Assembly: GCA_043228905.1 (NCBI GenBank)
Contig: JBHGNT010000009.1
Span: 10,974,001-11,038,000 of the forward strand
DNA from: Azolla caroliniana
Lineage: Eukaryota > Plantae > Polypodiophyta
Direction of reading: 5' to 3'
DNA length: 64,000 nucleotides
In this document: one piece after another, positions 58,512-64,000 of the stretch
Layout of the letters: each line of letters opens with the position of its first letter
Numbering within the stretch: position 1 is the first letter of the stretch
Notes under the pieces: generated by a model
What the model was told of the DNA's origin: nothing
Database searches by the model: none
Seen by the model: the letters and a program-made list of their open reading frames with translations, nothing else
Position numbers and translations under genes: made by a program

Positions 58512-59039
58512 AGACGGCGACGGCTGCAACGGCGGCAGACGACGGTTGCAGACGACGGCGACGACGACGGCGACGACAACGACCTTCCGTAGGGAAGATT
58601 AGCGTTTTTTAGTGTTATGGCTTCCGTAGGGAAGATTAGGGTTTTTGGATTCCGTAAGGAAATTAGGGTTTATGAGAGATATTACTTCCCTAAGATAAGG
58701 GAGTTGAGAAGGAAAAGAAAAAGAAATATATCATATGGAGAGAGCTTGAGTGTAAGAAAAAAAATGGAATATATATAGAGTTCTCCCTTGATCATAGCCT
58801 TTCCACTTTTTGTTGCATGGCCTCTACTTTTAGTTGCCTAGCTTTTTCTTTTCGTTGCATCTATTTTTAGTTGCATGGCTTTTTCTTTTAGTTGCATGTG
58901 ACCGTCCACATGACCTTTACTTTTTGCATGCACTCCAACTTTAGTTGCTTACATCCACATGGCCTTTACTTTAGTTCTCTTCACTTTACTTTAGTTTGTT
59001 GCATGTTCCAATCTTCCGTCCGTCCACGTCCAACCTCGT

Positions 59040-59435
59040 CCGGTAACCGGTTCCATTTTGCTTGTCGGCCAGTTCCGGTTCCGATTTTGCTTGCCGGTCG
59101 GTTCCGGTTTTGCTTGTCGGCCAGTTCCGGTTCTGGTTTTGCTTTCCGGCCGGTTCCGGTTCCGATTCCGGTTTGCTTGCCAGTTCCGGTTTGCTTGCCG
59201 ATTCCGGTTCCGATTTTGCTTGCTGACCAATTCCGGTTTTGCTTGCCGGCCAATTCCGGTTTTGCTTATCGGCCGGTTTCCGATTCCAGTTTGCTTGCCG
59301 ATTCCGGTTTTGGCTACCAGCCTGTTTCTGGTTTGCATACTGGTCAGTTTCCGGATTTGCTTACCGGACCCGTTTTCCAAATTTGCTTACCGGCCGGCCG
59401 GTTTCCAGATTTGTTTACCAGCCTGTTTCCGATTT
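59040..59435 (+). repeat. Degenerate CCGGTT-rich minisatellite in LTR L
   Basis: Repeated TTCCGGTTTTGCTTGCCGGCC-like units. Confidence 0.85.
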
Positions 59436-59747
59436 TAGGGAATTTGGCCACCATCATCGATCAAGACAAAGTGGCTGAAGTGCTCTAAGCACAAATGAAA
59501 AATGAGGGAGCTCAAGGTGCTTATATAGCTAGGGCCTTAACTTTCCTATCTATGTGGGATAGTTCTAATTTCCCTATCTTCTTAAACTTTATTTTCACAT
59601 AACTTGATATGTATTTCTCCATTTTGTATATAGTAAAATACATTTTGAAGCTCTTGAGTATATCCATCTTTCTATAATAAGCTACTAATCTAATCTATAA
59701 TAATTATTTCATTATTTTTTACATAGTGTGTGAAGATTCACACGACA

Positions 59748-62179
59748 ACGGATTGTCTTCTAATACTTGGGATGATGTTGTTGTACGATACCGGATATGG
59801 CTATGCTAAGATGGATTGCATATGTTAAGTCGCTTAATCCGGAGGTACGATACATCTCCGGAAAAGACAACACGGTAGCAGATATGTTGTCAAGGGCACA
59901 GTTCGGAGACGACATAGCCGAATCTGATAATGAAGAAGTTTCCGAAAATTACTTTACTTCAAATCACATATGTTGGGTGAACGTAATCTGAGAATTTCTG
60001 GAAGCCGAATACGAGGGAGAAAGCTTGATGATCGGGAAGGTGCTACAAGAAATCGAGGAATCATCGAACAATATGGAAAAGGGAGCTAAGATCCGAAGTA
60101 AGAAGCGGCTAGTCCGAAAGTTCTTCTTGAACAATGGATTAATTTGGTGGGAACCGAAAAGACCAGATGGCATACCACTACGGGTAGTCCGAACAAAAGA
60201 GCAACGAAATCGAATAATATCTTAATTTCATGAATCTGATTGGGCTGGACATCGGGGAACATGGGGAACATTTGCAAAGATCAAGCAAAAATATTGGTGG
60301 AAGAAATTGTACAAAGATGTAGCGGAGTTCACAGGAAGCTGCGAAAAATGCCAACTCTACTTTGGGGTTCGACGCCGAGATGAATTACATTCGACACTCT
60401 CACCGACAATCAACTTCAAATGGATGGTCGACATTGTGGCCATGCCAACCGGGATCAGACAAAAGAAGTACTTGGTATTAGCTCGGGAAGATCTAACAAA
60501 CCAAGTAGAAGGTCGGGCGCTACGGAGGAAGACATGTTCTGCAATATGCCAATTTCTCTTGGAAGAAATGTTCTGCGGGTAGGGGTGTGTAGGACAAGTG
60601 ATTGCGGATCGGGGAGAACTTGACTCTGATAAAGTTAGGGAATTCTTCGCCAAATATGGAGTACGGTTAAAACTAACCACGGCATACAATCCAGAAGCCA
60701 ACGGGAAGATCGAACGAGGACACAGTCCAATCGTTAAAGCATTTGCAAAAGTATGCGATGGAAGGGTGAAGAGTTGGCCGCAGATTCTTCCGTATGCACG
60801 ATGGGCAGATCACACAACGCATAGTTCCGTAACCGGTTATATGCCAACGGAACTTATGACCGGCCAAGCACCGGTAATGCCGGCGGAAACCGCAATTGTG
60901 ACATGGACAATGTTGTCGTGGAAGGAAGAGATGAGCCAAGAATAACTACTAGAGGTTCGGATACGACAACTAGAGAAAAGACCAGAAGACATAGCGGAAG
61001 CAATACGCCGACAACAAGAAGCGCAATTCCGGAACAAAAGGCGATTCGACACAAAGCATCGTTTATAACCACGAAAGATTGAAGAAGGAGATTGGGTGAT
61101 AGTCTATGACAGTAGTTTGGATCATCAACACACAACGATCTGGAAATTCGCCAAAAGGTGGTTCGAACCATACGAAGTTCGGAAAGTTTTCGACAACAGA
61201 ACCTATCAACTAAGTGAGTTCGATGGAGTGGTACTACGGTTGCCTATAACAGGGAAATAGGTGAAGATTTTCAAGAAGCGAACTGACGACAAACCCTACG
61301 TGACCTTAGACAAGACCGTCAGCAAGGAGCAATCGGACAAAGATCACGGAGGTGCAGAAAGTGAGGAAAGTGAGTTGGATTTAATAATCGACATAGGGGA
61401 ACAGACCGAGGGTGCTTCGGATGAAGAAGAGTAACAAGCAAGTATTGGAAACTTTGGCACATACCGGAAGATGTGTAGGTTCAGAGGGGGTGAGTGTCAT
61501 AGTGTACTTTGTACACTACGTAAAATATGTGTGGAGTACCCGATTGACTAAGTATAAAAAAATAGGAGAAAATACTACAATAATTATGTTACATGCATAG
61601 GGCAAGATTTGAATCTTGTACCTCCATGTTAACGATTTTAAGCCTTACCATTGTACTAGCATATTATGACTTTTAAACTTATACTAAACTTTATCCCAAA
61701 TAAATATTCTAGATAAGCATGATAGAAAAAATTATTCATGCATACACACTCGAGTTAAATGAAAAGATGTGATAAAAAGCTAATCATGCACATGTAGTGT
61801 GCATGAAAACTAAAGTTAGAAAAGGCATAATGCTTGCATGTGGTAAACTTAGACTCTTCCATCACTATATAGGGATTCAGGAAGAGAGAAAGATGTAAAT
61901 GGGGTTGTTGATTTTTTTTATAAGGGTTGATTAATATATTATATTCGTGGGATTCACGAATTTGCCATCTATTTCTCTCTTGCAATCTAAATTCATATTC
62001 TTTCCTAAACATTAATTAATACACTATATTCGTGGGATTCACGAGTTTCATATCTTTCTTTCTTATAATCTATTCATATTCATAACTAAACTCGTCTCAA
62101 ATTCTTTCTCCTCCTAGTCCAAAACCCCTGTGGTTCCCACCCGACTCACGCAAACGATTCAGCGTCGAAAGGAACGACA
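59748..62179 (+). mobile_element. 3' portion of pol-bearing TGTCG-family gypsy K (RNase H end, integrase, PPT, LTR 61495-62179)
   Basis: LRWIAY..GKDNTVADMLSR; H..GHRG..YWW..CEKC; WMVDIV, ADRGE, YNPEANGKIER; LTR homologous to H LTRs; followed by ACGT. Confidence 0.9.
61594..61665 (-). promoter_or_regulatory. tRNA-like cassette in the K LTR
   Basis: A box TAGTACAATGGT; TGGAGGTACA; B box GATTCAAATC 43 nt downstream. Confidence 0.62.
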
Positions 62180-62183
62180 ACGT

Positions 62184-64000
62184 TTCCCCTTTAGATTTCC
62201 CCAAAATTTAGCACATGCATGTGATTTCTCTTGCGTTTGGATACATTGTTGAGTAACTTCCCATATTCTTCTCTTTCATTAAATAAGACTTTTATACTCG
62301 TGCAAATGCTTTTGGTAATTCTCTTTATCCTTAACTACATCCAAAACCATAAGGCACTTTCGAGCTTCACGACATTCTTTATCAAACCATTTTTTTCTAA
62401 GTTTCTTGGTGCATTTCCAAGATATGCGGTTGGTCGAAAAACATTTGTTTGTACATGAGAGAATGACTTTCTTGAAAGCTTCCCATTTGCATTCTAGTGT
62501 GGCACCATGTTGTATCTTTGTCATTTGTAACATATCCTCAACCATTTTGGAATACATGGGCGCTTGCTTAAGGTTCATGCTCAAGTGCGGTTGTTTATTA
62601 TCTTCAATATCCTTCTCATAATCAAACCTATGCATACATTTGAGATCAATACATAAAGGCCTATGATCGAATTCCGGTGTCCATTCACCAAGTGAGAATT
62701 TATGTATACGATCCAAAATACCTTCGGAAAGTAACACATAGTCAATCACACTATTTCCGTTGTGTGTTCTACATGTAAAACCATTAGTGTTGGGTCATAA
62801 GGAAATACCATTTGCAATAAGCAATCCGGTTCTATTGCACATTTGTAGGAGTAACATCCCAAATTGATCGAGGTCTTTTTCATCGCTAAAAGAGCGGCTA
62901 TATATTTGCATATCCTCTTGCATCCTTGAGATATGTGGCATGAAAGATTCTTGTGAATCAAGTTGGAAACTTCTTGTACGAGCATTCATGTCACCAAAGA
63001 CAATAACTTCCCATTTGGATTTGAAATAAGCAAATTAATATCATCTTCTAGATTGGCAAAAGGTTGATCTTTATCCAAACAAGCATAAAAGTTAGAATCT
63101 TGATGAGGAATGTAACATCCAACTACAAAAGTGGACAAATCATTAGGTGTTTCTATTTTGAGCCATATGTAGCATTTATGTTCATCATTTTTTATGATTG
63201 ACACATATTTCTCTATTTCCTTCTTAATCAAACATGCCACCCCTCCTGGTCCTCTTCTTTGTCTTGGATTTTTCTTCCATATCAAAGAGTGTACATTATA
63301 GTTTCCTAAACCTTGAATCCCATGTTTCAACAAGAAGTGTGATATCCGAGTCATCGGTGAACTCCTCTATGCCAAATCCCTCATTCCATGGGTATCCATT
63401 GCAATTCCAAAAGCATAGTCATAAAAGGCGTGGGTTAGTCTCATAGGTCACTTGTCCCTATTTGCCTACATTTCCATCTTTAGGCACGTCCTTAACCGTA
63501 TTTTACAATCTTTCTTCATATGCTTTACAACGAGCATTTTGTTGTGAGATAGTACGATCTTCACTCACAAAGCATTGCGTACCTTTGAGGTATACCCAAA
63601 TATTTTCGAGTATGATCCGCCGCTTTGTATCATTTGTCTTTATACATACAATAGGCCTTTCTCCCGGAGAGAGTAACACCATGTTTCCTAACTCAGTGTG
63701 CCCCATATACATTCACATCTGACATCCCATAATGCACGCTAAAAGATTCACCAATGGCCTTTCCGAGGGATGCGGTTGTTTCCATACTCTCTTCTTTGAT
63801 CCCACGGACGCCAATGTTCTTTGATCGTCGTTCACGTTCTTTCAATTCAAGGAAATCTATGCTTTCTATATCCTTCTCTTGATGCATCATATGCATATTA
63901 CATGAGTTTGATACCACATCCCCACCACATACATCGGCCCATGACTTCGTTATACATACATTTTTCATCTCACTTACATCTCGCCTCATCGTGTCCAATT
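62184..64000 (-). pseudogene. Second, older RTEX-like LINE (ORF1 fragment and APE endonuclease), interrupted by K
   Basis: RRSKNIGVRGIKE, FVSEDRT (ORF1); WNCNGYPW, GCYIPH, GDMNART, IDYVL, FDHRPL (APE); many frameshifts. Confidence 0.82.

Larger units (their letters stand above)
53300..58583 (-). mobile_element. Near full-length RTEX-like LINE
   Basis: GC-rich 5' UTR; ORF1; ORF2 (APE-RT-CCHC); (TTTC)n-like 3' tail near 53305-53330; flanks rejoin an LTR repeat unit at CTT. Confidence 0.85.
53036..59747 (-). mobile_element. TGTCG-family LTR L, interrupted by a LINE and inserted in the RNase H of K
   Basis: Left end resembles the 45792 terminus; right end CACACGACA followed by ACGG; shares a ~270-bp block with the I LTR (52741-53010 vs 58796-59100). 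Confidence 0.7.

Noticed and set aside
58590-58672. Interstitial telomere repeats (TTAGGG)
   Set aside because: Isolated telo-box-like words inside a longer LTR repeat unit, not tandem telomeric arrays.
58093-59488. ORFs over the LINE 5' UTR and CCGGTT minisatellite as genes
   Set aside because: Low-complexity repeats that happen to lack stops in several frames.
61200-61494. Chromodomain at the K integrase C-terminus
   Set aside because: Only a short acidic tail follows the GPY/F-like region; no chromodomain motif is visible.

Overview
This window is gene-free, deeply nested plant heterochromatin, probably from a non-seed land plant (inferred from the RTEX-type LINEs and 4-bp-TSD Ty3/gypsy elements). 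I find no host genes. It contains three main element groups. (1) A Ty1/copia family (copies labelled A, B0, B, C, M here) whose Pol carries a ~170-230 aa acidic-then-basic tail after RNase H, with two identical polypurine tracts. (2) A Tnt1/Tork-like copia family (D, E, F), including one young intact copy at 46554-52221. (3) A TGTCG..CGACA-terminated gypsy family: gag-only elements H, I and J, a pol-bearing copy K, and solo LTRs. Also present are an unrelated gypsy (G), a non-autonomous hAT element and two RTEX-like LINEs. Most boundaries are supported by target-site duplications (TSDs) read directly from the sequence. The best novelty candidate is the TGTCG gypsy family. Its divergent LTRs share an antisense tRNA-like A-box/B-box cassette (analogous to the 5S cassette of Cassandra), it inserts at CG-centred 4-bp sites (ACGG/ACGT), it is tRNA-Trp primed, and it includes young gag-only members with a modular charged tail. 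All calls are by eye; no database search was run.
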